A stretch of DNA of 64,000 nucleotides from positions 13,573 through 77,572 of the forward strand of contig JAEWKT010000052.1 in the NCBI GenBank assembly GCA_023393635.1, in the 5' to 3' direction. Position numbers and translations under genes: made by a program. Positions 12,460 through 26,223 of the stretch are shown here, in pieces (the stretch's first letter is position 1; the number at the start of each line of letters is the position of its first letter). The notes beneath the pieces were generated by a model, which saw only the letters and a list, made by a program, of their open reading frames with translations, was not told the DNA's origin and made no database searches. The stretch comes from Pseudomonadota bacterium (GTDB lineage: Bacteria; Pseudomonadota; Gammaproteobacteria; Pseudomonadales; Moraxellaceae).

Positions 12460-13716
12460 CTATAGATCTAATAGCAGGGATGCTGGGTCTTCAATAAATT
12501 GCTTAATCGCCACCAGGAATCCAACCGCTTCTTTACCATCAATCATGCGATGATCATAAGACAGCGCCAGATACATCATGGGTAGAATCACCACTTCGCC
12601 ATTGACTGCCATAGGACGATCCTGGATTTTATGCATGCCCAGAATGGCAGTTTGTGGCGGATTTAAAATAGGCGTCGATAGCAGAGAACCAAAAGTACCG
12701 CCATTTGAAATGGTAAAGGTACCGCCAGTCATGTCTTCAATAGATAACTTGCCATCACGGGCTTTTTTGCCATACTCAATGATATTTTTTTCAACTTCAG
12801 CATGGTTTAAACGATCAGTGTCACGAAGTACTGGCACAACCAGACCACGGTCGCTTGATACCGCCACACCAATGTCGTAATAGCCATGATAAACAATATC
12901 ATCACCATCAATGGAAGCGTTTACAGCAGGATAGCGTTTTAGTGCTTCGGTTGCGGCTTTCACAAAGAAAGACATAAAGCCCAAACGGGTACCATGACGT
13001 TTTTCAAAACGCTCTTGGTATAGCTTGCGCATGTCCATGATGGGCTTCATGTTGACTTCGTTAAAGGTGGTCAGCATGGCCGTATTCTGGCTGGCGGACA
13101 ATAAACGCTCAGCCACACGCTTACGTAAACGTGTCATGGGCACACGCTTTTCAACCCGCTCACCCACGGCCTGACTAATCGCTGTATTCGATTGCACATT
13201 CGCACTTGGGGGTGTACTTGGCGCAGCAGCTTTTGACGCATTAGCATGATTGGCCACGTCTTCTTTAGTCACACGACCACCACGGCCAGTACCTGAAATA
13301 TCAGCCACATCCAGACCTTGCTCAGCCACTGCCTTACGCACTGCGGGGCTTTGATTTTTGTCAGATTCAGTAGACTGTGCATTTTGAGTAGACGCATTAT
13401 CGCGTTGTACAATCGCAGTTGCCCCTGCTTCAGTTTTTTCTATGTCTTGTGCCACTTGCTGCTCGCTTACTGCGCCAGCACCTGCCTCAAAGGTAGCAAT
13501 CACTTCACCTGATAACACTGTTTCGCCTTCAGGTTTTGCAATACTGGCCAAGGAACCATCCGCAGGTGCAACCACTTCAAGCACCACTTTATCGGTTTCA
13601 ATATCAGCAATCACTTCATCACGGGCAACTGCTTCACCCACTTTTTTATGCCAAGTAGCAATGGTACCGTCAGCTACGGATTCTGGAAATACGGGGGCTT
13701 TAATTTCTGTTGCCAT
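12460..13716 (-). CDS. sucB: 2-oxoglutarate dehydrogenase E2
   Basis: Lipoyl motif ETDKV, E3-binding [12 protein letters not shown], catalytic DHRMIDG. Confidence 0.98.
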   Translation of the reverse strand: MATEIKAPVFPESVADGTIATWHKKVGEAVARDEVIADIETDKVVLEVVAPADGSLASIAKPEGETVLSGEVIATFEAGAGAVSEQQVAQDIEKTEAGATAIVQRDNASTQNAQSTESDKNQSPAVRKAVAEQGLDVADISGTGRGGRVTKEDVANHANASKAAAPSTPPSANVQSNTAISQAVGERVEKRVPMTRLRKRVAERLLSASQNTAMLTTFNEVNMKPIMDMRKLYQERFEKRHGTRLGFMSFFVKAATEALKRYPAVNASIDGDDIVYHGYYDIGVAVSSDRGLVVPVLRDTDRLNHAEVEKNIIEYGKKARDGKLSIEDMTGGTFTISNGGTFGSLLSTPILNPPQTAILGMHKIQDRPMAVNGEVVILPMMYLALSYDHRMIDGKEAVGFLVAIKQFIEDPASLLLDL

Positions 13717-13718
13717 GA

Positions 13719-16583
13719 TTAGGCTTCTCCTTGTTGTTCAGGCTTGGCATCTTTAGTGTCTAAGCCTAAGGCATCAATAACCAATGCGGCTTGCTGTTTG
13801 GCATGTAAATAAGGCGAACCACTGGCAGGCGCAGCAGATGCTTCACGACCCGCAAAATTCACGCTAATGGATTTGTTAAAACTGGTCACATCTTTATAAA
13901 TCTGGTGCGCAATAAATAGCCAGGCACCCTGATTCTTCGGCTCTTCTTGCGTCCAAACCACTTCTTCCAGATTTGGATACTGCATCATCACATCACGTAC
14001 ACGCTGCTGTGGATACGGGTACAACTGCTCAATTCGTACAATCGCCACATCATCGACATCTTCTTCGCGGCGTTTTTCCAGCAAGTCATAAAATACTTTG
14101 CCGCCACACAGTACCAAGCGTTTCACTGCGTTTTTGTCGATATTATCAATATCTTCAATCACGGTTTCAAAACGACCATCTGCCAGCTCATCCAAGCTAG
14201 AGGTCGCCAGCTTATGACGCAGTAAGCTTTTTGGTGACATGATAATGAGGGGCTTACGCGCAGGACGTACAGCCTGACGACGTAATAAATGATAAATCTG
14301 TGCAGGTGTGGTTGGTGTACAAACTTGCATGTTGTCTTCAGCACACAATTGCAGGTAACGCTCCAAGCGGGCACTGGAATGCTCTGGGCCTTGTCCTTCG
14401 TAGCCATGTGGCAATAATAAGGTTAAGCCACACAAGCGTTCCCATTTGGTTTCGCCTGAACTAATAAACTGATCAATGACCACTTGCGCACCATTGGCAA
14501 AATCACCAAATTGCGCTTCCCAAATAATTAAGCTATTGGGAATGGTGGTAGCATAACCATACTCAAATGCCAGTACTGCTTCTTCAGAAAGTAGCGAATC
14601 ATATAATGCAAAACGTGGCTGGTTTTCTTTGACATGACACAGTGGAATATAGACGTCACCATTGGTTTGGTTGTGCAGTTTGGCATGACGATGCGAGAAA
14701 GTGCCCCGTCCTACGTCCTGCCCTGTCAAGCGTACCAAAAAGCCTTCATCAATCAAGGTCGCATACGCCAGCGTTTCAGCAGCACCCCAGTTGAGTGGCA
14801 TTTCACCAGTTTGCATTTGCAGGCGGTCGTCAATCACTTTTTTAACCTGACGCTGTAATACAAAACCTTCTGGGAGTTGATACATGGCCTGCGCCAGTTC
14901 TTTTAAGCGCGTTTTAGAAAAAGAAGTGTCCCAGTCATCTTCAAGCTGATGGCCTACATAGGGTGTCCAGTCAACATACAGCTTTTTATTCGGCTCACGC
15001 ACTAAGGCGTTGGCAACATGTCTGCCTTCTTCCAGTGCATTGCGATAATCTTCAACCAGAGTATCAACATCACTACGAGTGACCACGCCTTCTTTGACCA
15101 GTTGATCAGCATACAAGGTACGGGTGGTAGGGAGTTTAGAAATCACTTGATACATCAGTGGCTGAGTGCCTGATGGTTCATCTGCTTCATTATGACCACG
15201 ACGACGGTAACAGAACAAATCAATCACCACGTCTTTGCGGAACTCCTGACGGAAATCCAGTGCCAATTGCGTGATAAATACTACTGCTTCTGGGTCATCC
15301 CCATTCACGTGGAAAATAGGTGCCTGCACCATCTTGGAAATGGCAGTACAGTATTCGGTAGAACGTGCATCTTCACGGGCACTGGTGGTAAAACCAACCT
15401 GATTGTTAATAATCACATGAACCGTACCACCCACGGTATAACCGCGAGTTTGTGACATCTGGAAGGTTTCCATCACCACGCCCTGACCTGCAAACGCAGC
15501 ATCACCATGCACAATAATGGGTAACACATCATCGCCACCAATACTTCGACGGCGAACCTGACGCGCACGTACCGAACCTTCAACCACAGGGCTAACAATT
15601 TCAAGATGTGACGGGTTGAATGCCAATGCCAAATGAATCTCACCACCTGGGGTCATGACATTGCTAGAAAAACCCTGATGGTATTTTACGTCCCCTGATC
15701 CTTTTTTATTAAAAGGTTTACCTTCAAACTCTTCAAACAGTTCAGTGGGATTTTTACCTAAAATATTCACCAGCATATTGAGACGGCCACGATGGGCCAT
15801 GCCAATCACCACTTCTTTGGTGCCCACTTTGCCTGAGCGTTGAATCAGCTCGTTAATCATGGGAATAAAACTTTCACCGCCTTCAAGACCAAAGCGTTTG
15901 GCACCCACATAGCGGCTACCAAGATACTTCTCTAAGCCTTCAGCGGCAGTAATGCGCTCTAAAATGCTTCTTTTTTGTTCTTCGTTAAAATTGTACTGGC
16001 CACGTGCCCCTTCTAAACGCTGTTGAATCCAGCGCTTTTCACGGGTGTCGACAATATACATATACTCTGAACCAATGGCACCACAATAAATGGCTTCCAT
16101 GGCATCAACCATTTCACCAAGTGTTGCTTCAGCTTTGCCAATGGCCAGATTACCCGTTTGGAATACAGTATCTAAATCAGAGCGCGATAACCCGTGTGCC
16201 GCCAAATCCAGATCGGGCACAGGCGCACGTTCGGTTAAATGAAGAGGATCAAGCTTGGCTTTTTGATGACCCCGATTGCGATAAGCCGCAATCAGTTGTA
16301 ATACACCCACCTGACGACGCTCATGTTCTGTACTGACTGAGCTTTGTGGCATGGGCTGTACACGTGTACTATTTCTTGCAAGTAATAAAAACTGCTCTCT
16401 TACATTGCGGTGCGGCTGATCCCCCTTGGGGAACTGATCAAAATAAGCACGCCAATCGTCGCCTACTGTGTCTGGTGCAGTAAGATAGCTTTCATAAAGT
16501 GCTTCAATATAAGCCGCGTTTTCTGCGGATAGTTCTGTGTCTAGACGCTGTGCGTCAACAACTTCTTGCATGAGACGACCCAT
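13719..16583 (-). CDS. sucA: 2-oxoglutarate dehydrogenase E1
   Basis: [38 protein letters not shown]. True start may be ATG 16571. Confidence 0.98.
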   Translation of the reverse strand: MGRLMQEVVDAQRLDTELSAENAAYIEALYESYLTAPDTVGDDWRAYFDQFPKGDQPHRNVREQFLLLARNSTRVQPMPQSSVSTEHERRQVGVLQLIAAYRNRGHQKAKLDPLHLTERAPVPDLDLAAHGLSRSDLDTVFQTGNLAIGKAEATLGEMVDAMEAIYCGAIGSEYMYIVDTREKRWIQQRLEGARGQYNFNEEQKRSILERITAAEGLEKYLGSRYVGAKRFGLEGGESFIPMINELIQRSGKVGTKEVVIGMAHRGRLNMLVNILGKNPTELFEEFEGKPFNKKGSGDVKYHQGFSSNVMTPGGEIHLALAFNPSHLEIVSPVVEGSVRARQVRRRSIGGDDVLPIIVHGDAAFAGQGVVMETFQMSQTRGYTVGGTVHVIINNQVGFTTSAREDARSTEYCTAISKMVQAPIFHVNGDDPEAVVFITQLALDFRQEFRKDVVIDLFCYRRRGHNEADEPSGTQPLMYQVISKLPTTRTLYADQLVKEGVVTRSDVDTLVEDYRNALEEGRHVANALVREPNKKLYVDWTPYVGHQLEDDWDTSFSKTRLKELAQAMYQLPEGFVLQRQVKKVIDDRLQMQTGEMPLNWGAAETLAYATLIDEGFLVRLTGQDVGRGTFSHRHAKLHNQTNGDVYIPLCHVKENQPRFALYDSLLSEEAVLAFEYGYATTIPNSLIIWEAQFGDFANGAQVVIDQFISSGETKWERLCGLTLLLPHGYEGQGPEHSSARLERYLQLCAEDNMQVCTPTTPAQIYHLLRRQAVRPARKPLIIMSPKSLLRHKLATSSLDELADGRFETVIEDIDNIDKNAVKRLVLCGGKVFYDLLEKRREEDVDDVAIVRIEQLYPYPQQRVRDVMMQYPNLEEVVWTQEEPKNQGAWLFIAHQIYKDVTSFNKSISVNFAGREASAAPASGSPYLHAKQQAALVIDALGLDTKDAKPEQQGEA

Positions 16584-17165
16584 TTTTCAATTGCAAAAAT
16601 AATAGCTTGCTGGATAAAACAAACCACAAAACACTCAGGCACTGGATACAAGGCCTTCATGTTACGTATAATTGCTTAAAGATTGCTCTTTAAGAATTAC
16701 CACGCGCGACGACAACACAACAACACCAGCATAACTGGCAACCGTATGATTCCAAGTCAACTATGCCTATACCGCTACGCTGATTGGTAAAAGGTATAGA
16801 TCAAGTTGGCCTAGCCGTACACTGTACTCGTGTTAACACGAGCAATTTTTTGCAAATCGAATTGGCCAAAACAGCATTGCATTCATAAAACTGCTGGTTT
16901 GGCCAATGCGACTTCAAAATAAAGCCAAAGCACTTTATTTATCAGAATGAGTAATCATTATGCCCCGTTATCATCTGCTTTTCATGTGACAAATCGTATC
17001 ATGAGTTACAGTACTTACTGGATTTTTTTAAACAATAGCTATCATTAAGCAGGTAAATATTCCCTTACAGAATGAATAAGATAGCGCGTTTTAGATATTT
17101 TTTCAGCCTTTTAAGACCAAAGTATCACACAGTCTCCACGATGCCTTGACTTTTGCACCAGATAT

Positions 17166-17195
17166 AAAAAAACGCGCTATCAAAGCGCGTCTTTT
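17166..17195 (-). terminator. Rho-independent terminator after sdhB
   Basis: Minus strand reads ACGCGCT-TTGAT-AGCGCGT followed by a T-run. Confidence 0.8.
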
Positions 17196-17211
17196 GGCAG
17201 GCTAAAACCGC

Positions 17212-17919
17212 TTAGCTTGCTTGATCCAATATCAAATTACGAATATGGCCAATGGCTTTGGTTGGGTTTAAGCCTTTTGGACATACCGAAATACAGTTCA
17301 TGATGCCACGGCAACGGAACAGGCTAAACGGATCGTCCAGACGAGCTAAACGTTCAGCTTGGTCGGTATCACGCGAATCAATGATAAAACGATAGGCTTG
17401 TAGCAATGCTGATGGCCCCAGGAATTTATCAGGGTTCCACCAGAATGATGGGCATGAGGTTGAACAACATGCACACAAAATACATTCATACAAACCGTCA
17501 AGATGTTCGCGTTGCTCTGGTGATTGCAAACGTTCTTTCGGCGGCGCAGGCTGATCGTTGATCAAGTAAGGACGAATCTTTTCATACTGAACGTAGAACT
17601 GATTCATATCTACGACTAAATCACGAATCACTGGCAAACCTGGCAAAGGACGAATTACAATTTTTTCTGGTAAATCGTTTAGGTTCTGCAAGCAGGCCAA
17701 ACCATTTTTACCATTGATATTCATGCCATCAGAACCACAAATCCCTTCACGGCAAGAGCGGCGGAAAGACAGGGTTTCATCTACCTTTTTCAGTTTGATT
17801 AGCGCGTCAAGCAACATACGGTCGCCATCGTCTAATTCAAGCTTATAGGTTTGCATATACGGTGCTTTATCCTTATCAGGATCATAGCGATAAATTTCGA
17901 ATATACGGGTTCTACTCAT
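17212..17919 (-). CDS. sdhB: Succinate dehydrogenase Fe-S subunit
   Basis: [34 protein letters not shown]. Confidence 0.98.
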   Translation of the reverse strand: MSRTRIFEIYRYDPDKDKAPYMQTYKLELDDGDRMLLDALIKLKKVDETLSFRRSCREGICGSDGMNINGKNGLACLQNLNDLPEKIVIRPLPGLPVIRDLVVDMNQFYVQYEKIRPYLINDQPAPPKERLQSPEQREHLDGLYECILCACCSTSCPSFWWNPDKFLGPSALLQAYRFIIDSRDTDQAERLARLDDPFSLFRCRGIMNCISVCPKGLNPTKAIGHIRNLILDQAS

Positions 17920-17936
17920 CGTTGCAGACTCCTGAC

Positions 17937-19781
17937 CTAGAATGTACGTGGTTTAGGTGGAACTTCTTCCACTGTTAACGGTTTTTGGCGTACAGGCTTA
18001 TATTCCAAATGATTATCAACGGAATACCATAAAGTATGCTTCATCCACTCATCATCACGGCGGCCGTTTGGATGATTAGGATCATCACCTGGCAACTCAT
18101 AATCCACCACAGTATGCGCACCACGACATTCTTTACGCGCTGCCGCAGAAATCATGGTGGCTTTGGCTGCTTCGTAGAGATTTTCAACTTCCAAGGCTTC
18201 AATACGCGCAGTATTAAATACTTTGGATTTATCCGTCAGGTGCAAATTGCGTACACGTGGCTCCAGCGCCAGAATTTTCTGTACACCTTCATCCATTAAT
18301 GCTTGCGTACGGAATACACCAGCATGCTGCTGCATCACTTCACGAATCGCATCCGCAACATCCTGTGCATTTTCGCCAGTAGTCGAATTTTGCAGGGCAT
18401 TCAAGCGACGGTTGGTGTTTTCCAGCACAGCATTTGGCAATGGCGCATAGTCATCGCCATGATGTTTGGTCACGTAGTCAATAATATGCTCACCCGCTGC
18501 CTTACCAAATACCACAAGATCAAGCAGTGAGTTAGTACCTAAACGGTTAGCACCATGAACGCTCACACAAGAACATTCACCAATCGCATAAAAACCTTTA
18601 ACCACAGCAGTTGGGTTATCGCCTTTTGGCACAACAACCTGACCATGAATATTGGTTGGGATACCACCCATTTGATAATGAATGGTTGGTACGACAGGGA
18701 TTGGCTCTTTAGTGCAGTCAACGTTGGCAAACTTCTTACCAATTTCAAATACAGATGGCAGACGCTTCATGATGGTATCAGCACCCAGATGGGTCAGATC
18801 CAGCACAACATAGTCGCCATTAGGTCCACAACCACGGCCCTCTTTAATTTCCTGATCCATAGAACGGGAAACAAAGTCACGCGGTGCAAGGTCTTTTAGG
18901 GTTGGTGCATAGCGTTCCATGAATGGTTCGCCACTCTTGTTACGTAGTACACCGCCTTCACCACGACAGCCTTCGGTCAACAATACACCTGCGCCAGCAA
19001 CCCCAGTTGGGTGGAACTGCCAGAATTCCATGTCCTGCAATGGAATACCTGCGCGTGATGCCATGCCTAAACCATCACCTGTATTAATGTAGGCATTGGT
19101 AGACGCACGGAAAATACGGCCTGCACCACCAGTTGCAAACAAGGTGGCTTTGGCCTGGAATACCGCCACATTGCCAGTTTCCTGATCAATGGCAGTCACG
19201 CCCAGTACATCGCCGTTGTCGTCACGGATTAAGTCAAGTGCAATCCACTCAACAAAAAACTGGGTGCCAAGCTCAACGTTTTTTTGATACAAGGTATGCA
19301 ACAAGGCATGACCAGTACGGTCAGCAGCAGCACAGGCGCGTGGCACAGGCTTTTCGCCATAATTGGCAGAGTGACCGCCAAAAGGACGCTGATAAATGGT
19401 GCCATCTGGGTTGCGGTCAAACGGCATACCCATGTGCTCAAGCTCATACACCACTTTGGGTGCTTCGCGGCACATAAATTCAATCGCGTCCTGGTCACCT
19501 AACCAGTCACCACCTTTTACAGTGTCGTAAAAGTGATAGTGCCAATTGTCTTCTTGCATATTACCCAGTGACGCACCAATACCACCTTGGGCAGCAACCG
19601 TGTGCGAACGGGTAGGAAATACTTTAGTTAATACCGCAACCTTTAAGCCAGCTTCTGCCAGTTGCAGGGATGCACGCATACCAGAACCGCCACCGCCCAC
19701 AATCACGGCATCAAAGGTTAAGGTTTCGATATTGGAAAAATCTTGATTCGGTGATGCTTTATTAAAATCAGCTGCAGCCAT
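17937..19781 (-). CDS. sdhA: Succinate dehydrogenase flavoprotein subunit
   Basis: [10 protein letters not shown] covalent-FAD motif, [17 protein letters not shown]. Confidence 0.98.
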   Translation of the reverse strand: MAAADFNKASPNQDFSNIETLTFDAVIVGGGGSGMRASLQLAEAGLKVAVLTKVFPTRSHTVAAQGGIGASLGNMQEDNWHYHFYDTVKGGDWLGDQDAIEFMCREAPKVVYELEHMGMPFDRNPDGTIYQRPFGGHSANYGEKPVPRACAAADRTGHALLHTLYQKNVELGTQFFVEWIALDLIRDDNGDVLGVTAIDQETGNVAVFQAKATLFATGGAGRIFRASTNAYINTGDGLGMASRAGIPLQDMEFWQFHPTGVAGAGVLLTEGCRGEGGVLRNKSGEPFMERYAPTLKDLAPRDFVSRSMDQEIKEGRGCGPNGDYVVLDLTHLGADTIMKRLPSVFEIGKKFANVDCTKEPIPVVPTIHYQMGGIPTNIHGQVVVPKGDNPTAVVKGFYAIGECSCVSVHGANRLGTNSLLDLVVFGKAAGEHIIDYVTKHHGDDYAPLPNAVLENTNRRLNALQNSTTGENAQDVADAIREVMQQHAGVFRTQALMDEGVQKILALEPRVRNLHLTDKSKVFNTARIEALEVENLYEAAKATMISAAARKECRGAHTVVDYELPGDDPNHPNGRRDDEWMKHTLWYSVDNHLEYKPVRQKPLTVEEVPPKPRTF

Positions 19782-19793
19782 GATCTGTTCCTA

Positions 19794-20159
19794 TTAATGT
19801 GCCCAGAAAATCTGGATACCCCAGACCATAAACACAAGTAATGCAATAATCATTGCACTTTGCAATACCAAACGCAGGCCATTTGCGACAGGCCCCATTT
19901 GTGATGTCGTAATATAGTCAGTAAATACTGTCCACATGCCCACCCAGGCATGACCCACCAACGACAAAATAGCCAGTAGGCTAAAAATCTTCATCGGTAA
20001 CGTCATCATAAAACCGTACCATGCGGTATAGTCAAAATTTGGATGGATCAAAATCCAGCCAAAAATAACTACCGTATACACTGCCAGAATCACAGCACTA
20101 ATACGTTGCACGACCCAGTCGCGTGAGCCTGAACCCGTTAAACCCATTGCACTTTTCAT
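19794..20159 (-). CDS. sdhD: Succinate dehydrogenase membrane anchor
   Basis: DWVVQRISA, HAWVGMWTVFTDY; start overlaps the sdhC stop. Confidence 0.95.
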   Translation of the reverse strand: MKSAMGLTGSGSRDWVVQRISAVILAVYTVVIFGWILIHPNFDYTAWYGFMMTLPMKIFSLLAILSLVGHAWVGMWTVFTDYITTSQMGPVANGLRLVLQSAMIIALLVFMVWGIQIFWAH

Positions 20160-20563
20160 TACAGCACCACCAACCAGATAAATGACGCCACAATGCCAAT
20201 TGCAGAAAGAACCAAAGCAGTTGTCGCCGCAGCGCGTCCACTTTGTAGGCCTTCAGCAACACCCATATCACCTAATAAATGCTTAATTCCCATAATGAAA
20301 TGGTAAATCAAGCCAGCGACAAATACCCAGACCACAAGGCGTACAAAAATGTTGCCAAAAATCTGGTCATGCACGTAGGCAAAGCCTTCGGCTGAGGCAA
20401 GAGAACCCTGTAATAGCCAAAGCAATACAGGAATTAATAGAAATATAATGATTCCAGACACACGGTGTAGAATCGAAGCAATAGCCACGGGGGAGCGCAA
20501 GTTAACCGCTAACACTTGGCCCATGGACAAATTGACAGGTCTGTTGCTTTTCACAGCGGGCAT
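20159..20563 (-). CDS. sdhC: Succinate dehydrogenase cytochrome b556 subunit
   Basis: RPVNL, SILHRVSG, HFIMGIKHL. ATG 20563 preferred (ORF open from 20584). Confidence 0.95.
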   Translation of the reverse strand: MPAVKSNRPVNLSMGQVLAVNLRSPVAIASILHRVSGIIIFLLIPVLLWLLQGSLASAEGFAYVHDQIFGNIFVRLVVWVFVAGLIYHFIMGIKHLLGDMGVAEGLQSGRAAATTALVLSAIGIVASFIWLVVL

Positions 20564-21415
20564 CCTGTAGGCAAAAACTCCCATTGGAGTTTGTATTAAT
20601 TCGAAAGGAAAGCTGGCAAAATAGGCATATAGCCTATTAAAAACGACAAGAAATTATAGTGCTGTTACGGCTTAATTACAAACTAAGCCAAAAAATGAAT
20701 TTTGTTTTTTAGAAACGCAAATGATAATTAATTAATAAAACACAATAATCCCTATAGTTTTCAAAGCCCTTTTAGAAAATAGGAACAGCAACAAGCTTAT
20801 AACAGCCTAAAATGATGAAAGAATTAAGGATTATTTTAAACAGCCAACGCTTACCCAAAAATGCAATTGCCCGCAGATATTACCAGCCTCTTAGACTTTA
20901 ATCGTATAAAACAACATGATTTAGCACATATCATTGCCTAGCCCAGGCGTTAAGCCTGTATTTTCCAGGTTGATAGCTAAAATTTTCTGGCATGATAAAA
21001 AAAACAGTGAAGTTCTTATAATTACTCAAAAAATCAATGACTAAACTAGCCATATTTTTACCATATAAAGTTCTTATTGCGCTGGCTTTTTTAACTTTAT
21101 AAATCTGCTTACAAATCCATTTCTCTGAAATAAGGCAGAGTTATTGTATGCTATATCGCCCTATACAGATGACCCCTTTTAGGTTTGGCCAAGTGCCCCT
21201 TAATTTAGGTCATATACCTTTTTGACCAGCATAGCCTCTTATTTTTGCTTTTTTTTTGGTTAAACTGGTATTTTTAGCACGAAGTATGATTGACAAAATC
21301 TGAGTTCAAACTAAGCTAATAGCGCATTTTTTTACATAGCGTTAACAGAAATTCATTATCTAAAAGTTTTTCTGCACAATCGCATCCTATATCCCTAGGA
21401 CAGGAGAGTTTTTGA

Positions 21416-22702
21416 ATGTCTGACGCAACTGGCAAAAAAGCCGTACTTACGCTTAATGGCAAACAAATTGACCTACCAATTTATAGCGGCACATTAGGTC
21501 CAGACGTTGTTGACGTTAAGGATGTCTTAGCCCAAGGACATTTTACCTTTGATCCTGGTTTTATGGCTACTGCTGCCTGTGAATCAAAAATTACATTTAT
21601 CGATGGCGATAAAGGCATTTTGTTGCATCGTGGTTATCCGATCGACCAACTGGCTGAAAAAGCAGATTACCTCGAAGTTTGCTATTTGTTATTGCACGGT
21701 GAACTGCCCAATGCTGAACAGAAGCAAGAGTTTTATGGTTTAGTGCGCAACCACACCATGCTGCATGATCAGGTTCAGCGGTTTTATAATGGCTTCCGTC
21801 GTGATGCACACCCAATGGCAGTGATGTGTGGCGTTGTGGGTGCATTATCTGCGTTTTATCATGATGGCCTGGATGTTGAAAATCCAAAGCATCGTGAAAT
21901 CACTGCTATTCGTTTAGTCGCGAAGATTCCAACCATTGCTGCCTGGAGCTACAAATACACGATTGGTCAGCCATTCATGTATCCACGTAACGACTTAAAC
22001 TATGCAGAAAACTTCCTGTACATGATGTTTGCCACCCCTGCTGATGTAAACTACAAAGTAAATCCAGTGTTGTCTAAAGCAATGGATCGTATCTTTACAT
22101 TGCATGCTGACCATGAGCAAAATGCCTCAACCTCTACGGTACGTATGGCTGGCTCAACGGGTGCTAACCCATATGCCTGTATTGCTGCGGGTATTGCTGC
22201 ACTCTGGGGTCCTGCACATGGTGGTGCCAACGAAGCCGTGCTTAAAATGCTCGATGAAATCGGCACGGTTGACAACGTGGCTGAGTTTATGGAAAAAGTA
22301 AAACGCAAAGAAGTGAAGCTGATGGGCTTTGGACATCGCGTTTACAAAAACTTTGACCCACGCGCCAAAGTGATGAAGCAAACCTGTGACGAAGTACTGG
22401 CTGCATTAGGTATCAATGATCCTCAGCTTGAACTGGCCATGGAACTGGAAAAAATTGCCTTAAGTGATGAATACTTCATTAAGCGTAATTTATATCCAAA
22501 CGTTGATTTCTACTCTGGCATTATCCTAAAAGCAATTGGTATTCCAACTGCTATGTTTACGGTTATTTTTGCCTTGGCACGTACTGTAGGCTGGATTAGC
22601 CACTGGTTAGAAATGCACAGCGCGCCTTACAAAATTAGTCGCCCACGCCAGTTATATACTGGTGCCACTGAACGCAATTTTGTGGAAATTGACCAACGTT
22701 AA
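21416..22702 (+). CDS. gltA: Type II citrate synthase
   Basis: [48 protein letters not shown]. Confidence 0.98.
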   Translation: MSDATGKKAVLTLNGKQIDLPIYSGTLGPDVVDVKDVLAQGHFTFDPGFMATAACESKITFIDGDKGILLHRGYPIDQLAEKADYLEVCYLLLHGELPNAEQKQEFYGLVRNHTMLHDQVQRFYNGFRRDAHPMAVMCGVVGALSAFYHDGLDVENPKHREITAIRLVAKIPTIAAWSYKYTIGQPFMYPRNDLNYAENFLYMMFATPADVNYKVNPVLSKAMDRIFTLHADHEQNASTSTVRMAGSTGANPYACIAAGIAALWGPAHGGANEAVLKMLDEIGTVDNVAEFMEKVKRKEVKLMGFGHRVYKNFDPRAKVMKQTCDEVLAALGINDPQLELAMELEKIALSDEYFIKRNLYPNVDFYSGIILKAIGIPTAMFTVIFALARTVGWISHWLEMHSAPYKISRPRQLYTGATERNFVEIDQR

Positions 22703-22720
22703 TTTTAAAAAGTTTAAGCC

Positions 22721-22753
22721 AAAAGACTCGTTTATACGGGTCTTTTTGTTTTT
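22721..22753 (+). terminator. Rho-independent terminator after gltA
   Basis: AAAAGACTCGT-TTAT-ACGGGTCTTTT followed by more T. Confidence 0.8.
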
Positions 22754-22884
22754 GAAGCGCTTGGTTAAATGAGTTGTAAATTGGCCTGCTTCTTGACTGA
22801 CCAGCGTATGACTAATTTTGCCGTTTCCTTTGTCTAAACTCCTGCAATTCTCTATACTCTCAACCAATTTATTCAAACCTATTA

Positions 22885-23922
22885 ATGGATCGCACCATGC
22901 CTGTTGAAAAAAGCAGTCGCGCCATATCGCATATTGATACTTTTCAGGGCTTGATCTTAGCCCTACAAAACTACTGGGCTGATCAAGGGTGTGTGATTTT
23001 ACAACCCTACGATATGGAAGTTGGCGCAGGGACGTTTCATACCGCTACCTTTTTGCGCGCACTCGGGCCTGAAACCTGGAATGCGGCCTATGTGCAACCA
23101 TCACGTCGCCCAAAAGATGGCCGTTATGGTGAAAACCCAAATCGTTTGCAGCATTATTATCAGTTTCAGGTGGTACTGAAGCCCAATCCTGCCAACATTC
23201 AGCAGCTTTATTTAGATTCTCTAAAAGCCATTGGCATTGATACCCTCATCCATGACATTCGTTTTGTGGAAGACAACTGGGAATCACCAACGCTTGGTGC
23301 GTGGGGTCTGGGCTGGGAAGTTTGGTTAAACGGCATGGAAGTGACCCAGTTTACCTATTTTCAACAAGTCGGTGGTGTTGAGTGCTATCCAGTCACAGGT
23401 GAAATTACTTACGGCCTAGAGCGATTGGCCATGTATCTGCAAGGCGTGGATTCCGTTTACGATCTGGTGTGGACTAAAGGTCAATTTGGTACGGTTACTT
23501 ATGGCGATGTATTCCACCAGAACGAAGTGGAACAATCGACCTATAACTTTGAGCATGCCAACGTAAGCAAGCTATTTGAATTGTTTGATTTTTATGAAGA
23601 AGAGTCGAATAAATTAATGGCGGTTGAATTGCCGCTGCCTGCCTATGAGATGGTATTAAAGGCTTCACATACCTTTAACTTGCTCGATGCGCGCGGTGCA
23701 ATTTCTGTCACCGAACGTCAGCGTTATATTTTGCGTGTACGTAGTTTGGCACGTGCCATTGCACAAAGTTATGTCAAAGCACGGGCAAAACTGGGCTTCC
23801 CCATGGCCGCGCCACAGTTACGTGATGAAGTGTTGGCACAACTTAAAGCGCAGGAAGAATCTGAAGCTTTACTAAATAATGCCAACCAAGCACAACAAAA
23901 GCAGCAAGGAGCCAGCAAATAA
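22885..23922 (+). CDS. glyQ: Glycyl-tRNA synthetase alpha subunit
   Basis: [42 protein letters not shown]. Confidence 0.98.
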   Translation: MDRTMPVEKSSRAISHIDTFQGLILALQNYWADQGCVILQPYDMEVGAGTFHTATFLRALGPETWNAAYVQPSRRPKDGRYGENPNRLQHYYQFQVVLKPNPANIQQLYLDSLKAIGIDTLIHDIRFVEDNWESPTLGAWGLGWEVWLNGMEVTQFTYFQQVGGVECYPVTGEITYGLERLAMYLQGVDSVYDLVWTKGQFGTVTYGDVFHQNEVEQSTYNFEHANVSKLFELFDFYEEESNKLMAVELPLPAYEMVLKASHTFNLLDARGAISVTERQRYILRVRSLARAIAQSYVKARAKLGFPMAAPQLRDEVLAQLKAQEESEALLNNANQAQQKQQGASK

Positions 23923-25988
23923 TGTCCAAGCACACCGTCTTATTTGAACTTGGCTGTGAAGAGCTGCCACCCAAAAACCTAAAAACCCTGCGTGATGCAT
24001 TAAAAACCGAGGTTGTCACTCGGCTTAAAAATGCAGGTTTTGCCTTTGATAGCATTAATGCCTATGCCGCCCCACGTCGTTTAGCACTGCTCATTAATAA
24101 CATTGATGGTGCCCAGCCTGATAGCCAAAAACGCTTTGATGGCCCTGCCGTGCAAGCAGCCTATGATGCGGAAGGTAAACCAACCAAAGCTCTGGAAGGT
24201 TTTATGCGCGGTCAGGGCATTAATGCCGATCAGGTATCACGTTTTCAGGCTGGTAAAGTTGAAAAAGTTTGCTACTACAAAGAAGTGAAAGGCCAAACCC
24301 TGGACGAGGTATTACCTACTATTTTGGCTGAAGCACTCGATGCCCTGCCCATTGCCAAACGCATGCGTACTGCGGCCAGCCGTACCGAGTTTGTGCGCCC
24401 CGTGCAATGGGTGTTGCTGATGAAAGATAGTGAAGTGATTGACGCCACTATTTTGGACTTTAAAGCTGGCAACCAAACCTATGGCCATCGCTTCCATGCA
24501 CCGCAAGCTATTGGCCTAAAACATGCCAATGATTATCTGGAAAGCCTGCGAGCTGCGCATGTGGTTGCCGATTTTGATGAGCGTCAGGCAACTATTTCCG
24601 CCCAAGTAAAAACATTGGCAGATGAAGTCAATGCACAAGCCATTGTGCCAGCCGATTTGCTGGATGAAGTCACTGCACTGGTGGAATGGCCAGTTGCCTT
24701 GCGTGCGACCTTTGAAGAGCGCTTTTTGGTGGTGCCACAAGAAGCCTTGATTTCAACCATGCAGGACAACCAAAAGTATTTTTGTTTGATTGATGCAGCT
24801 GGCAAATTGCAGCCTTACTTTATTACGGTTTCCAATATTGATTCCAGAGACCCACAGCAAATTATTGAGGGCAATGAAAAAGTCGTGCGGCCACGTTTAA
24901 GCGATGCCGAATTTTTCTTTATACAGGATCAAAAGCAGCCACTAGCCAGCCGTCAGGAAAAACTGGCCAATATGGTGTTTCAGGCGCAACTGGGCACGCT
25001 ATGGGACAAGTCCGAGCGTATTGCCAGGTTAGCGGTTGAAATTGCCAGACTGAACAATGGTGATGAGGCTGCTGCCAAGCAAGCAGGGCTATTGGCCAAA
25101 TGTGACTTAACCTCTGAGCTGGTGGGTGAATTTCCTGAGCTACAAGGCATTGCAGGTACTTACTACGCCAAGCTTGAAGGATTATCTGATGAAGTGGCTA
25201 ATGCCATTAGCGATCAGTATTTACCGCGCTTTGCGGGTGACAAATTGCCGCAAACGCGTACGGGTGTTGCCTTGGCACTGGCGGATCGTTTAGACACGCT
25301 GGTGGGTATTTTTGGCATTGGCCAAGCACCGACTGGCAACAAAGATCCGTTTAGCTTACGTCGTGCCGCCATTGGTATTTTGCGCCTGCTAATTGAAAAT
25401 AAATTGACCTTGTCTTTAAGCGAGTTGATTGAACTGGCTGCACAAGGCTATGGGGATAAGTTAAAAGATATCCACAAGGCACACAGCGATAGCCTACAAT
25501 TTGTGCAAGGTCGCTACCGTGCCATGTATGAAGACCAGGGCGTGAGTGTTGATGTCATTCAAGCCGTACAAGTGCTAAACCCTGCCTCTCCGCTTGATTT
25601 TGATGATCGGGTGAAAGCCGTGAATCATTTTAAAACATTGCCTGAAGCACAAGCATTGGCTGCCGCTAACAAACGCGTGGCCAATATCTTAGCTAAAGAA
25701 GGCAATGTGACTGGCGATGTAGACGTTAGCTTGCTTACCGAGCAAGCCGAAAAAGACTTGTATCAGGCCCTGCAAGCCATTGCGCCTGTGGTGACTCCAT
25801 TATTGCAGTCGCATGATTACACCCCTGCCCTAACAGCACTTGCGGCTTTGCGTGCACCTATTGATGCGTTTTTTGATAACGTCATGGTCATGGCAGAGGA
25901 TGCGGCAATTAAGCAAAATCGCCTACGTTTGCTGGCACAATTACGTGCGTTGTTTATGAGTGTGGCGGATGTCAGTGTGTTGCAGTAA
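23922..25988 (+). CDS. glyS: Glycyl-tRNA synthetase beta subunit
   Basis: [28 protein letters not shown] coupling with glyQ. Confidence 0.98.
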   Translation: MSKHTVLFELGCEELPPKNLKTLRDALKTEVVTRLKNAGFAFDSINAYAAPRRLALLINNIDGAQPDSQKRFDGPAVQAAYDAEGKPTKALEGFMRGQGINADQVSRFQAGKVEKVCYYKEVKGQTLDEVLPTILAEALDALPIAKRMRTAASRTEFVRPVQWVLLMKDSEVIDATILDFKAGNQTYGHRFHAPQAIGLKHANDYLESLRAAHVVADFDERQATISAQVKTLADEVNAQAIVPADLLDEVTALVEWPVALRATFEERFLVVPQEALISTMQDNQKYFCLIDAAGKLQPYFITVSNIDSRDPQQIIEGNEKVVRPRLSDAEFFFIQDQKQPLASRQEKLANMVFQAQLGTLWDKSERIARLAVEIARLNNGDEAAAKQAGLLAKCDLTSELVGEFPELQGIAGTYYAKLEGLSDEVANAISDQYLPRFAGDKLPQTRTGVALALADRLDTLVGIFGIGQAPTGNKDPFSLRRAAIGILRLLIENKLTLSLSELIELAAQGYGDKLKDIHKAHSDSLQFVQGRYRAMYEDQGVSVDVIQAVQVLNPASPLDFDDRVKAVNHFKTLPEAQALAAANKRVANILAKEGNVTGDVDVSLLTEQAEKDLYQALQAIAPVVTPLLQSHDYTPALTALAALRAPIDAFFDNVMVMAEDAAIKQNRLRLLAQLRALFMSVADVSVLQ

Positions 25989-26033
25989 CGCCACCTCGTT
26001 GTTCACTGATAAAGTAATTTGCTGATAAAAATG

Positions 26034-26058
26034 CCCTGCTTAACACAGCAGGGTTTTT
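26034..26058 (+). terminator. Rho-independent terminator after glyS
   Basis: CCCTGCT-TAACAC-AGCAGGG-TTTTT. Confidence 0.8.
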
Positions 26059-26223
26059 ACAAGTGAATGCCTTAAAATACTGCTACTGGCAAATCTAAAC
26101 CATTAATTTCAAAAACAAACTGCCGTAACATTCTAGCTACTGTAGCACTGAGCTTTAAAGTGGACATAGCACTACTATTTTGCCTATGATGTCTTAAGCA
26201 TTGTTAACCAGACAGGTGTTTTT

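Noticed and set aside
20812..20901. 29-codon ORF MMKELRII... in the sdhC-gltA spacer
   Set aside because: No RBS and no recognisable motif; expected by chance.
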